Shown here: positions 16,290 to 30,334 of the stretch, in pieces
Numbering within the stretch: position 1 is the first letter of the stretch
Layout of the letters: every line of letters begins with the position of its first letter
Source: the human T2T-CHM13v2.0 reference genome, Homo sapiens
Direction: 5' to 3' (one strand)
Length of the DNA stretch: 64,000 nucleotides
Assembly (NCBI RefSeq): GCF_009914755.1
Contig: NC_060932.1
The notes under the pieces: model-generated
Databases searched by the model: none
Seen by the model: the letters and a program-made list of their open reading frames with translations, nothing else
What the model was told of the DNA's origin: nothing
Position numbers and translations under genes: made by a program

Positions 16290-17455
16290 TCAATTTTATC
16301 CACGAAACATCTATCCTCCCTTCGTGCTGCCTCCACTTTAGGGCAATCCATAATCAGATTTGGACTGAGTTACTAAAACAGCCTCTTCGCTGATCATCCT
16401 GCCTTGGGGCCTAACATAATCCAATCAATCCCCAACATTGTTGGAGCAACTTTTCTAAAATTTAAAATTAATTTTTGTCTCTTCCTTATTTAAAATCCTT
16501 AGGTGGCTTCTGATTACTTTTTAGACTGAATCCCAATTCCTTAACACTGCTCACAAAGTGGCGCATGATTTATTCTTTCCAATGTAGTCTGTTCTCTCAA
16601 TCTATCTGACCCCATCACAGTAAGCTTCCTTCTCTCAGTCCTTTGACTTTATCACTACATCATGTCATCACCTCCAGACCTTTGTATATGTAGCTCTCTC
16701 TGCAGGAGATACTTTTTCTTTGCCTAGAAACTTTCACTGATCTTTCATGTCAAATTAAACATGAATGCTTGGAGGAAACCTTCCCTGACCCAGCAAGTCC
16801 AATGGAGGTGCTCCTTCTTATGTGCCCCTTTTACCTCCCATACTTCTCTTGTCATATAGCTAAGTTGGCAGGTGATAGGGGAATTTTCTACAATGAATTA
16901 ACATTTTTATTGATATGTTAGTCTCTCCCACCAGACTGTAAGTTCTATGAGAGAAGGGTCCAGTTTTATTTCTTTATCAACTAGGGCATTTTGGCTGCAA
17001 GCAACAAACATACTCGGTAGGCTAAGTTAACCAAAAAAAGGAAATAATTAAAATAACATGAATTAGCCTACATCAAAGGAAAAACTGAGGAACATGACAG
17101 AAAAGATAGATAACCTGATAGCTACAGTAAGCTGGGATGCAAGAATATCAAGACTATGTTATAGAGAAGAATCAGTGCTATTTTTTATGCTTGTATCACT
17201 CCATTTAAGAATCAAATTTTCAGGTGAGAGTCCTACTGAACTAGTTTGGGGCATATCTAAGGCCAGTAGATGCCATTCTCTTCAGGTCTGTTTGATAGAT
17301 AATGTGTAGTTGCCCAAACAAAACTGGAATGCTCCTCTCAGCAAAAGGGAACATGGATGAAAACGGGCAAAACCAACAGATGTCCACTGAATATAAACAT
17401 ATATACCCACAGCATCATAGGTATGCAATAAATATTTGTGGCATGAATGACTGAG
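16290..17455 (+). mobile_element. L2 3' end, interrupted by an old MLT1 LTR (~16966-17385)
   Basis: cagactgtaagttctatgag, then after the insert gcaataaatatttgtggcatgaatgactga (L2 terminus). Confidence 0.7.
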
Positions 17456-17539
17456 CATCTGAAATGTGCTATAATTGAGTGGAGTTAACCACATATCAGT
17501 TGTAAGTCAAACTGTACATATTGTCTTCAATGTCCATTA

Positions 17540-17775
17540 AAAACAGTAAAATGCTAAGGGACTAATCTTGAACTACATTGTGTAGTTTCAAATCTTGACA
17601 TTGGCACTTAATAAGCATGTGGCTTTGGGAAATTACTGACCTTCTCTGTGACCCAGTGTCTTTATCTTCCAAAAGGAGATAACATTGGTACCTTCCTCCT
17701 AAGGTTTACATAAAGACTAAATAAATTATTAATATAAGTGGCTTACAACAGTGCCTGGCACATTGTAAGGGTTGA
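17540..17775 (+). mobile_element. MIR SINE
   Basis: MIR core (gtttcaaatcttgac...tgtggctttgggaaattactgaccttctctgtg) and 3' end acagtgcctggcacattgtaag. Confidence 0.8.
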
Positions 17776-19148
17776 GTCTTACCTTTATACATCTGCATAC
17801 TTACCTTTGTTCATACATCAACATACCTCCTGTCCAAGAAAAAGAATCCTAGAATTTTTAAACATACCTGAACAGCAATCCACCTAACTATTAGTTAAGA
17901 TTCTGTACCAAAAGATGACAAACTCAGGGAAGCAGTTTTTAAGCATTCTGCCTTAATGAGATTTATTTCTGCTTATGCTATTCGTTACAATGTAAAAAAA
18001 AAAATGTGAAGAGATTATATTGAAGTAGTGAACTGCCATCAATAATGCTTGTACAGGAAAAAACTACTCTTAGATGAAATACTGTAATGGTTGGCTTATC
18101 ACTTAAAAGAGAAATATTGACACCCACTACAGACAAATTTTAAAAGCTTTTACTTCTTTGTCTAAATGCTCAGAATACAGTGGTTTCCTTTATGTGATAA
18201 GCCAAGGTTAGATTGCAGTAGAACTATTACTGGCAAAAAATAATCTCTATGGAATTCACAATTCTCTTTGGCAATATTCTACAAGAGCTAAATAGCATTT
18301 TACTGGGAAGCCCTTCTGGCATATGCAAGCATAAGAAATTTTAGTTGTTTGATTCACATCTAATTCCAAAAACAGGAACTTTTTTGTTTTAATTAGTAGC
18401 ATTAGTAGCACCATTTTTGAGTAAATGGTTGTAACTAATATATGAATGTTTATACCAGGGCACATTTTTCAAACACTTTTTGTGTTTGCAACAGAAAACT
18501 TTTGTAAAATAGAATCTGACTTGGTATCCCCATATATTTAACAGAGAAAAGGAATATTGCCCTGATTGAAGGTGAAGTGCAGGGCCCAGGGGCCCTAGGT
18601 CCCCAGGCTCTCCTTTGCACAAATGCCCTCATTTTCACCCCATTGGCAATTGAACAGTACTAAGCAGGCAAGTGTTCGCTCTGTTCAGCAAAGGTCTTAG
18701 GACACAGAACACTGAATTAGACTCACCGAGCTTCTAGATTAGAAAATTCCTACCTGGAGGGTGACACCACTTCATGAAAGTGGGCAACTCTAAGGCCTGT
18801 TTTTCTTATCTGTGAACTGAAAAGAGCATCCCACAAAGTCTGTGACATTGAATTCTTATCTGAAATTTATTTTCAAATATGGTATGAAGTGACGATCTAA
18901 AACTTTTTGTTTTCTAAATTTTCCCTACACCATTTAAAAAATAATCCATCCCTTTCCCATTGATTTATAAAACTGCCTTTTTCATTTTAATTTCCCATAC
19001 ATCTTTATTCCATTTCTTCTAATTTTTTGTATCAATTTTTCATAATAAACAGTTTCATGGACATTTTGGAAAAAATACAAAACAGCATGAAAAGAAAAGA
19101 AAAATGCCTCATAAATATTAAAATTGTGGAGAATTTTCTACCAGTCAT

Positions 19149-19241
19149 ACACACACACACACACACACAGATAGATAGAGATAGAGATAGAGATAGAGAT
19201 AGAGATAGAGATAGAGATAGATAGAGATAGAGATAGAGATA
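19149..19241. repeat. Compound microsatellite (CA)10 + (GATAGA)n
   Basis: Read directly. Confidence 0.95.
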
Positions 19242-19410
19242 GGTATAAAGGGATGCTGTAATATTCACAAAACAAAACAAAACAAAACGAAAAGCCCAAA
19301 GGCAAGGTCAAGTAAGTGAAGATGGTTTCTGGACTGGCTTCTAAGAAAGGTGAGTGCTCTGTACTATGAAGCACAGATGCAAATTTAGGTATGCAAGACT
19401 AGAGATAGAA

Positions 19411-19730
<320 letters not shown>

Positions 19731-20350
19731 AGAAGCTGGGCTGATATCTTAGAGAAGAGAAGGGAAGCTGCAGTTCTGTAAGGATGAGAGAACAGGGGAA
19801 AACAAATCCGAAACTCCTGTGGCACTGTGCTCTAAAAGTGCTGTGAAGAACCAAAGCATCTAGCAAAACATTTAAAAATTTTTGCCTGAGCTGTCCCCCA
19901 ACAAGATCTTCAGTAAAACCCCCATTGATCAACTAAGGTTTTTATTTGTGTTCTTCAGGCCATGGTCTTCAACTTGTTTGTTCATATACTCTAACATAAA
20001 TTCTGAATAACTACTAATTCCTTAAATAAGTTTTGGTTCACATCAGACATTTTTCACTACGTTTAAATCATTTCAAAACATATAATTTACGGCAAAGGAT
20101 ATGTATTGATATTTTTAAATAGAACTACTGCCTCATTGTTTATTTATTAGCATCTAAATAGAATAGTAGTTTGATACCTGCCACTAATATCCATTTAAAA
20201 AAAAATTCATAAAGCTCTTTAACAATGAAGAGGGTGGAAAAGGACAATCCAAAATATACCTTGGCACATTTTCAGATAGACCTGTGTGAGAAGAATACAC
20301 ACACAGGGAAGGTAAGGTTTAGAAATGAATTCACCTAAGAATATCTGTGA

Positions 20351-20647
20351 GGTCTAGGCACGGTGGCTCGCGTTTGTAATCCCAGCACTTTGAGAGGCTA
20401 AGGCAGGCAGATTACTTGAGGTTGGAAGTTCAAGACCAGTCTAGCTAACATGGTGAAACCCTGTCTCTACGAAAAATACAAAAATGAGCCCAGTGTGTTG
20501 GCGTGCACCTGTAATCCCAGCTACTTGGGAGGCTGAGGCAAGAGAATCACTTGAACTTGGGAGGCGGAGGTTGAGGTGAGCTGAGATCACTAGCCTGGGT
20601 GACAGAGTGAGACTCTGCCAAAAAGAAACCCAAACCAAAAACAAAAC
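20351..20647 (+). mobile_element. AluS with short right-arm deletion
   Basis: Alu body with gagatcac|tagcctggg junction; TSD aatatctgtg. Confidence 0.93.
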
Positions 20648-21289
20648 AATATCTGTGCTTTCTTGGAGCAAGTGGTACAAAAGACAGTTAATACCTGGTA
20701 TATAGATATAAAATCTTTCTTCCTTCTTTCTTTTTTTTTCCTATGAAAGTGAAAGCACAAAGTATGTATATATAGTTTGGAATCCTAGGATTCTCACATG
20801 GCATTATTTTAGGTTATTAAGTATTCTTCAAAGATATTTTAATTATTTTATATTATTCTATCATAAGTACATAATATTACTTATTAAATTATCAATCGTG
20901 AAATGCTGATTCAACAGTCAGCTGAGGATTTGAGTGAAGTTTATGCTCAGGTTTTGGAGTATTAAATTTCCAGATCTTCTACGGTTCTGAACTTTATTAT
21001 TTGCTGCTTCGAGTTGCTAAGGTTGTCATCTCCTGCTACCTGAACCAGGGGAATTGTAGAGCTTCCCCAGGCAAGAAAGCCACAAACTTGGAGTTCTTGC
21101 TCAATGCAGTGGCAGTCTCTAGAATAAACATCTCTCAGGTATGAATATTTCTCAAGCTTGCCATTGGATGTTTTCTGGTACCTTAAAATGGTTCTTTTTT
21201 GTACTTTTGCCCATGTTTTGTCATTGATATCTGTGGAGGAGACTCCTGACATTTTCCTGCCACAACTATGGAGTTCTCCCCAAATGAGT

Positions 21290-24230
21290 ATTATTAGATT
21301 ATTAAAATTTTTGCTAATTTGATAAGTAAAGTTTATTGCTCCTTTAATATTATAGTTTCAATGACTGGTGTGATTAAGCACTTTTTGTGGTTATTTGCTA
21401 TTTGCATTTCATCATTTGTAAATTACCTACTCGTTTCCTTAGCCTTTTTATTTTCTGGAGTCTTAACTTTTTTATATTGGTTTAGAAACATTTTTATTAA
21501 CAAAATATTAGCCCTTTGCCCGAATTATTTAAAAATATACTTCTGTGTTAGTGACTTAACACATAAAATATAAATTTTATATGATTACCTTGTAAGTTAT
21601 TTTTTAAAGGAATAACAATAACATCTCTAAACATTTCAGTCTTACCTAGGGGTCCAGTTTATCTTTTCATTTGTTTGAGTTGGTATTTATCATCCCAATA
21701 ATATAAATTTTAATACAGATCTGACATTGCATTTTTAATGTTTTGCTTTACTGATATTGCTAGATATTTTCATGGTGTATTTTTTACTACAAATTCCAAC
21801 TGGTTATTCTTATTTTATAGAAAATGCATTCCCACCTCACCAATTTCTATCATTTTCCCATTGGGCTTTTTTTTTGTGAATATTACAGCATCCCTTTATA
21901 TCTATATATATTTGTAAGTATTATCTCATTTATTTCTCAAAACAACACTATTATATAGATTTTACTATCTCCATTTTTATATAAAGTATTTCAGTCATAC
22001 AAAAATATATGGACAATAATATAATGAACATCCATGTACACACCAGCCACTTAAGAAAAAGAATATTACACTGTGAATCTCCTTCTTCATATCAATCACC
22101 TCACTCCCCACAGTTAACTACTCTTGAATTTTGTTTTAATCATTCCCATGCAAGTTTATGTATATTTATGACATGGGTTTAAAACCATAAAAATATATAA
22201 TATTGTTTTTTCACCTTTAAATGCATATATAAATTGTGTCATGTGTATACCGTCTGCATTTTTTATTTACTATTACATTTTCACATTTATCTATGTTGAT
22301 ACATGTATCGCTAGTTAATTCGTTTCAGCTGCTTTATAATCTTTTGTATAAAGATATTGCATTTTATTTATAGCCTTATGTTTATGAGCTTGAAGGTTAC
22401 TATAAATCTATACTATTGCAAATATTCATGAACATTTTTGTATTTGTCTCTTTGTGACCAAGGACTATGGTTTTTCTATGATATAGTACTAGGAGTAGAA
22501 TTGCTGGGACTTAAAATATGCACATCTTCAACTTTACACATATTGAAACATTGCTATCCAACAATGACTAATTCACACTACTACTAACAGTGTGTGAGTT
22601 TCCATTTCTCTCCATGCTTGCCAATGCATGGCACACTCAGAATTTAACTTTTGCCAATCTGATGAGTGTGAATGGGTATCATGCCTCTAAAGTTTGTATC
22701 ATCCCATTTTCTATCTAGGTTTTACATCTTTTCAAATGTTTATCATGTATTTTTTCCATCTATTTTTTTCAACTATGAATTGCTTTTCATATAATTTATT
22801 TCATATTATACTAGGTTCTTTGTCTATTCCTTATTGGTTATTAGTGGTTTGTTATATTGTCAGGATAAAAATTCTTTTTTGATATATGCACTGAAAATAT
22901 TTTTGGATTTTTCTTTGACATTCAGCTTATTTGAATTTTAGAAAGATAAAATATATAATTTTTTATTTGAGATTATTTTCTTCTTTTAGATATTTTTGAC
23001 CACAAAATTCTATAAATATTAAGTACTAATTTATTTAATCATTTAAACATTTTGTTTTTTATAATAATCTTTTTCATCTCTCTGGAATTTTGTTGGAGTG
23101 AGACAAGTGATAAAATATTATTTTTATACCAGATAACTAACTTTCCTAGCACCATTTGTTTAAAAAAATCCATTGATTTTACATATCACCTGTCAGAAAT
23201 GAAATATCTGTATTTGTGTGGCTCTGCTTCTTGTTGTTGTTGTTTTTAAATTTTGTTTATATTTATTTTATTCTTGAGTCCCTTGCCATAGTTTTTGTTT
23301 CTTCTGGAATACCATTTTCTTTTGTGCAACCTCCTTTTCTGGTTTAGAAACAAATTGCTTCTTTTCAGTAAGGATCATTTTGATGTGGCAGGGGGCACTC
23401 ATGTATGGGTTAATCCCGTCATGAGCTCTGTAAATCCTGTGGGCATCTTGGGTGCTTTGTCAACTTAGATATGCTTGATGACCACAGAATCTACATCCAA
23501 ATCCCTAACTTCAGCATTACTCTACATTTGTAAGCATATGTAGCAAAAATTCAGCACCCTTCTTGAATAACCAACCCTGTGTCCAACCTCATTGTTTGGC
23601 CTGGGCGTTACCTACCAACTATACCATGGTAACCTGGAAATGGTAGACATCTTTCTACAAAGTGACATTTGTCAGATACTCAATGGCTTTTCATACGTGC
23701 ATACTTTCAATGGCCTGGGCCATTTCATGGGTGTCCTTAAAGTGAACATGATAATTTGAACCTCTTGATTTGCATGATTTTGTGGAGTTTTCTGGGTTCA
23801 GTGAATAGCAAGCCATTTTCACAGATCACCCTAGGCCACTTACAGAAATAGCTGCCTCTTGTTTTTATCTTATATTTTGTTCGTATTTCTGTCAATCTTT
23901 GTGTAAACAACACATTAAAATAATTATTTGGCTTTGTAATAAGTTATTTAGTCAGTGAGGAAAGAACACTTCACCTTTTCCTTTTTCGAAATTGTCTTTG
24001 TTTTTCTTGGCCTTTTGCTCTGAGTAAATTTGTGTACTCAGCTTATCAATATCCAAGAAAAACACCCAGTTTTAATTTTAAATGTAATTACACTGCATTT
24101 ATATATTACTTTAGAAATAATTAACACTTTTTTTAGATTGAGTTTTCTCATTAATGAGGTATTTGTGTCTTAAAATAAAGTTTTATATTTTCTCCATAAT
24201 TTGTCTTGTTTTTAGTTTTAGGCATTCTCA
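21290..24230 (-). mobile_element. Fragmented L1ME 3' region/ORF2, host of the RPL17 pseudogene
   Basis: Antisense L1ME motifs (aggagtagaattgctggg, ttttgccaatctgatgagtgtgaatgggtatc, ttcctagcaccatttgttt). Confidence 0.6.
23236..23851 (-). pseudogene. RPL17P: Processed pseudogene of 60S ribosomal protein L17 (uL22)
   Basis: Minus-strand ATG at 23816 reads [41 protein letters not shown] versus RPL17 [42 protein letters not shown]. Later segments read [34 protein letters not shown] and KKQKLWQ. Intronless, with stops and frameshifts, 5'UTR ggtgatctgtgaaaATG, decayed A tail and TSD ctgc(t/c)tcttgtt at 23224-23235 and 23852-23863. Confidence 0.93.
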
Positions 24231-24940
24231 GACACCTTATAATGCAATTATTTATTTCACATAATTTGAGTATTAATTATATGCCAAGCATAGTTCTTAG
24301 TTATTTGGATGCATCAGTAGAAAAATAATGATGCCTGTCCTGAGGATACAAAATATATAATAACAAAGCAGATAAAGACATGGAGCTGTTCTGTTCTGGC
24401 GTGGCTGAGTACGTTTCTATCTGATTGGCTTTCCCAAAGATAACTGTCTGAGTGTTGGACAACAACTGAACTGAACTACCTGAAGGCTCTGGAAAGGGAA
24501 GAAAAACATGTTGGTTCTTAAAGAGTCTCAAAACTTCTAAAAGGGACTTTGAACATGAATACATGAACATGATTATATGCTCACAAAGTGAGTTTCCTGT
24601 TTCAATATCTTTTAGCTGATGGGCAAGCCAAGACAGGACACCAATGGCTCCACGTGGGGCACATAAAACCTTGGTAGAAAACATAGAGTCTTTGGCTTGA
24701 AGAACCAGGAGACAGAATTTGAGGACAACCATAGTTGCTGGAAAGTAGAGAATAGTGGAAGAGAAAAAGCCAGAGAGAAGACTCAAATTGGTGAAAAACT
24801 ATGTCCAAATCTCTGTCTGATCTTTGAGTCATGTGACTGCAGGGCTTACTGCAAGTGGCCCAGCAAAAGGGAAAAATGTCTTAAAGGAGGCTTGAGTTGC
24901 TCTTAAGTGTGTATTTGCGGTTTCACTAAGTAAACTGCCA

Positions 24941-25148
<208 letters not shown>

Positions 25149-25177
25149 GTAAATTGCCTATTAAAGCTAAAATATAA

Positions 25178-25473
25178 GGCCGGGCGCGGTAGCTCACACC
25201 TGTAATTCCAGCACTTTGGGAGGCCGAGGCAGGCGGCTCACGAGGTCAGGAGATCGAGACCATCCTGGCTAACACGGTGAAATCCCGTCTCTACTCAAAA
25301 AAAAAAAAAAAAAACCTGGGCTTGGTGGGGGCGCCTGTGGTCCCAGCTACTCACGAGGCTGAGGCAGGAGAATGGCATGAACCCAGGAGGCGGAGCTTGA
25401 AGTGAGCGGAGTTCACGCCACTGCACTCCAGCCTGGGAACCAGAGCGAGACTCCGTCTCAAAAAAAAAAAAAA
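25178..25473 (+). mobile_element. AluY
   Basis: AluY diagnostics (gagatcgagaccatcctggctaacacggtg, gaatggcatgaacc, ggagcttg); perfect 15-bp TSD aaagctaaaatataa. Confidence 0.95.
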
Positions 25474-27699
25474 AAAGCTAAAATATAAAACGTTGTTCAG
25501 AGGAAAATAACAGAATCTAGAGCCTGCACAAAATATCATTCACAATGTCCACAATGAAGTAAAATCACTCCATATGTAAAGAGTCAGTTTTCTCAGGAAA
25601 AAATACAGTCAATGGTAGCCAGCTCTAATACATCCCATATGTTTGAAGTAGCAGACAAAAACTTTAAAGCAACCATTATAACTAGGCTTAATAAGGTAAA
25701 GAAAAGTATGCTCATAATAAAAATCTAAGAAACCTCGAAAAAGAATTTTTAAATATTATATAGGATGAAATAACCAATATCTGAAATAAAAAGTTAACTG
25801 GATGGTTGTAACTGTATAATGGAGATAACAGATGTATGAGTCTTTGAACATGAATATATGTCAATCAAAGGGACCTAATCTAATAAATGGAGAGAAAAAT
25901 GTTGAAAAAAATCAGAGAACTCCTGTGGGAAAATATCAAAGTTTAAATGTACATAAAATTAGAGTCCAAAAGTGAGGGGAGAAAGAGATTAGAGGAGACA
26001 AAATATTTGAATAAATAATGACCAAACCTTCCCAAATTCTGTGAAAGCCATACATTTGTAGACTCAGGAAAGTTGGGCCCAAAACAGTACCAAAATGAAG
26101 AAAACCATTCTGAAAACCAATAATAAAGAGAAAATGTTGAAAACAGCAAGAGAGAAATGACATATTATATATAAAGAGAAAACAGTTTGGTCTCTGACTT
26201 ATTGGAAAATATGAGAGATCAGAAGAGCATCTTAAAAATTGTAAATAGATAAAGCATGGTTATCTAGAATTATCCAGTGAACATAATATTTTCCAGAATA
26301 AAGAAGAAATAACATTTTCAAATAAAGTAAAACTGTAAAAAATTTGTCACTAGCCCATCTGCACCATAAGAATTGCTAAAGGAAGTCTTTCAGTGTGAAG
26401 AAACATGGTACCAGATGAAAACTTGGATTTTTAGGAAAGAAGGAAGAGCATCAAGAATGGTAACTATCTGGATAAATATAAAAGGCTTTTATTTTACATT
26501 CAGTTTCTTTAAGGTACGTTAGATTGCTTAAAGCAGAAAATATGCCATTGTCTCATGGGGGTTATACTGAATATAGATATATATGACAATTATAACCTAA
26601 AGGATGGGTGGTTAATAGGCCTATATGATTCCAAGGTTTCTATATTTTATGGGAAGTAGCACAATATGAACTCTAAGTAGACTGTAAATAGGTAAGAATT
26701 ACATATTTTAATCCCTAGAGAAATCATTTAAAATATGCAAAGAAACATAACTGAAAAGCCAATAGATAAATTGAAATAGGCTTAAAGTTATCCTAATATT
26801 CCAAAATGAGGCAGAAATCAATAACTGAAAAACAAAGAAAAGAAGAAACAAATAGAAAACAAATAATAAAATTGTAGACCCAATCCAACCACATCAATAA
26901 TTCAATTAAATTTTCATAGCATAAATCATCCAAAAACAGAAATTCTTAGAACAAAAAATGCACAATCCAACTACATGCTGTCTATGAGAGATACACTTTA
27001 AATATAAAAATACAGATTAACTGAAAGGAAATGGATGGAAAAAGATACACATTGGAAATAGTAAGTACAAAAAAGTCTGGAGTGGATAAATTATTGACAA
27101 ATTTAAAAAATGATATACTATGTTAGAAGATAGTAAGTGCTGTGTAAAAGAAAAAATAGAGCAGAGTATAGGGACTGGGAGTGTGCAGGGGCTATCATTT
27201 TAAGTTGGTCACGATAGAGGTCATTGTAAAGGTGACTTTTAATCAACAACAGAGGAAGCTTTGCATAGTAAAGGGGTTAGAAACAATCAAGCTTCATCTT
27301 GTAACCTAGTTAGAGTGCGAACAGTGCTGCTGCTGTTGATGATGATGAGATGACTGACCTACAGATGGCTCCTCAGTCACTGAATAATTAATTCTATTCC
27401 TTGTACCATTCATTCTGTTCCTTGTATCATTCACATGCAATCATTCACATACATACATTCACATGTTCTTCACTGGCTGTTCCAAAAGGAACACAAAAGA
27501 AATTGGATTTATTATCTCAAGTTGTAGGAGAGAATGACCTGAAATTATTCCCATACCAAGACAGTACTCATTGATGGAGAGGTAATTCATCCAAAAGAAA
27601 ATAGATGTGGGTGTGGTATATTGAATGAATTGCTGTTACATTAAAAAAAATTAAAAGGCCAAATGTTACTAGAGATTTTCTTGTGGTTTGAATTCAATT

Positions 27700-29131
<1,432 letters not shown>

Positions 29132-30334
29132 CTATATTAGAATTTTTTTTAAAAAAAGATAAAAATGATAGGGACTCCAGAAATAGAAATAAGTACATGT
29201 AGAAATTTAACAGAATAATAATAAATTGACAGGGGAACAAACAATACTGTATTATTCAAAATATATTGTCAGAACCACCTGATAGCTATCAGAAAAAAAA
29301 ATCCCTGAAATTCTATCTCATGGTTTATGCAAAACTTAAGATGGATCAAAGATTTAAATTTATAAAAATTGAAGAAACAGTTAAATGGAAAAATCAGTGG
29401 ATGATTTTTATAATCTTGAAGTGGAGAAGATATTTCATATGAAAACACAAAGAAAAACCAAAACTAAGAAAAAAGTCAAAAGCAACAAGAAAAAAATAAT
29501 AAAAGAGAAAGAAATTTAAGAAAATAAAAAGAAAATGCGTATGTAAAAGTCTTCCCTCTAATCATATATAAAAAGTCTCATAATTCAGTTTGGAAAAATA
29601 AAGGCAAACTTTCCAAAATAAAAATGAGCAAATCATGTCTTAAGTCTATGACCACTGGGGAAAAGGAGCAACTGTGAAAGTGAAGAACTATCTGCCCAGT
29701 GCTAGACTTTTCAGCAACCCTAACATGTGCATAATTTTTGACTCCTTCTTTGTACCTTTCATGCATCACAGAAAATGCCACAGGAGAGGAAGCAAAAAGG
29801 ACATCAAATCAAGGGCCATCAAAGAGGAGTGATTAATGATTTTCTTTAGTTTTACTGTCTTTTCGATATCTGTATTGAAATATCTATTCCAACATCCAGG
29901 AAGAAAGCAGGACAACAAATGAGATTAGTCCCTACTTATGGGAGTGAAGATAACTCACAAAAACTGGAAAGACACATGTAGAGACACATAAAATAGATTT
30001 AAGTGTGTGATACAAAACTCTTATGACTATACAGTAAAATCTCTTTTTAAATTTACTAGTGATTCCTATAGAAGTAACATTTACCTTCTGTCTAATCCTT
30101 TGAGGAAAAGTTAGCTTTGGTGAGCCAAAAATGATACACTGGAACAGGTATTACTCAGAGTAATTTGGGAGATGGTGCTCTGGTTGGATTGTCAAACCAG
30201 AATGTTATGCCTGGCTGTATTTTGGATTAGACTGCCTTAGACTTTTAACATGATTGCAAACTGTTTTTGACATATAGCACAGAATATAAATTGGCCTAAC
30301 ATGGGCTGCAGTATGTTTAGAATATTTGAGGAAG

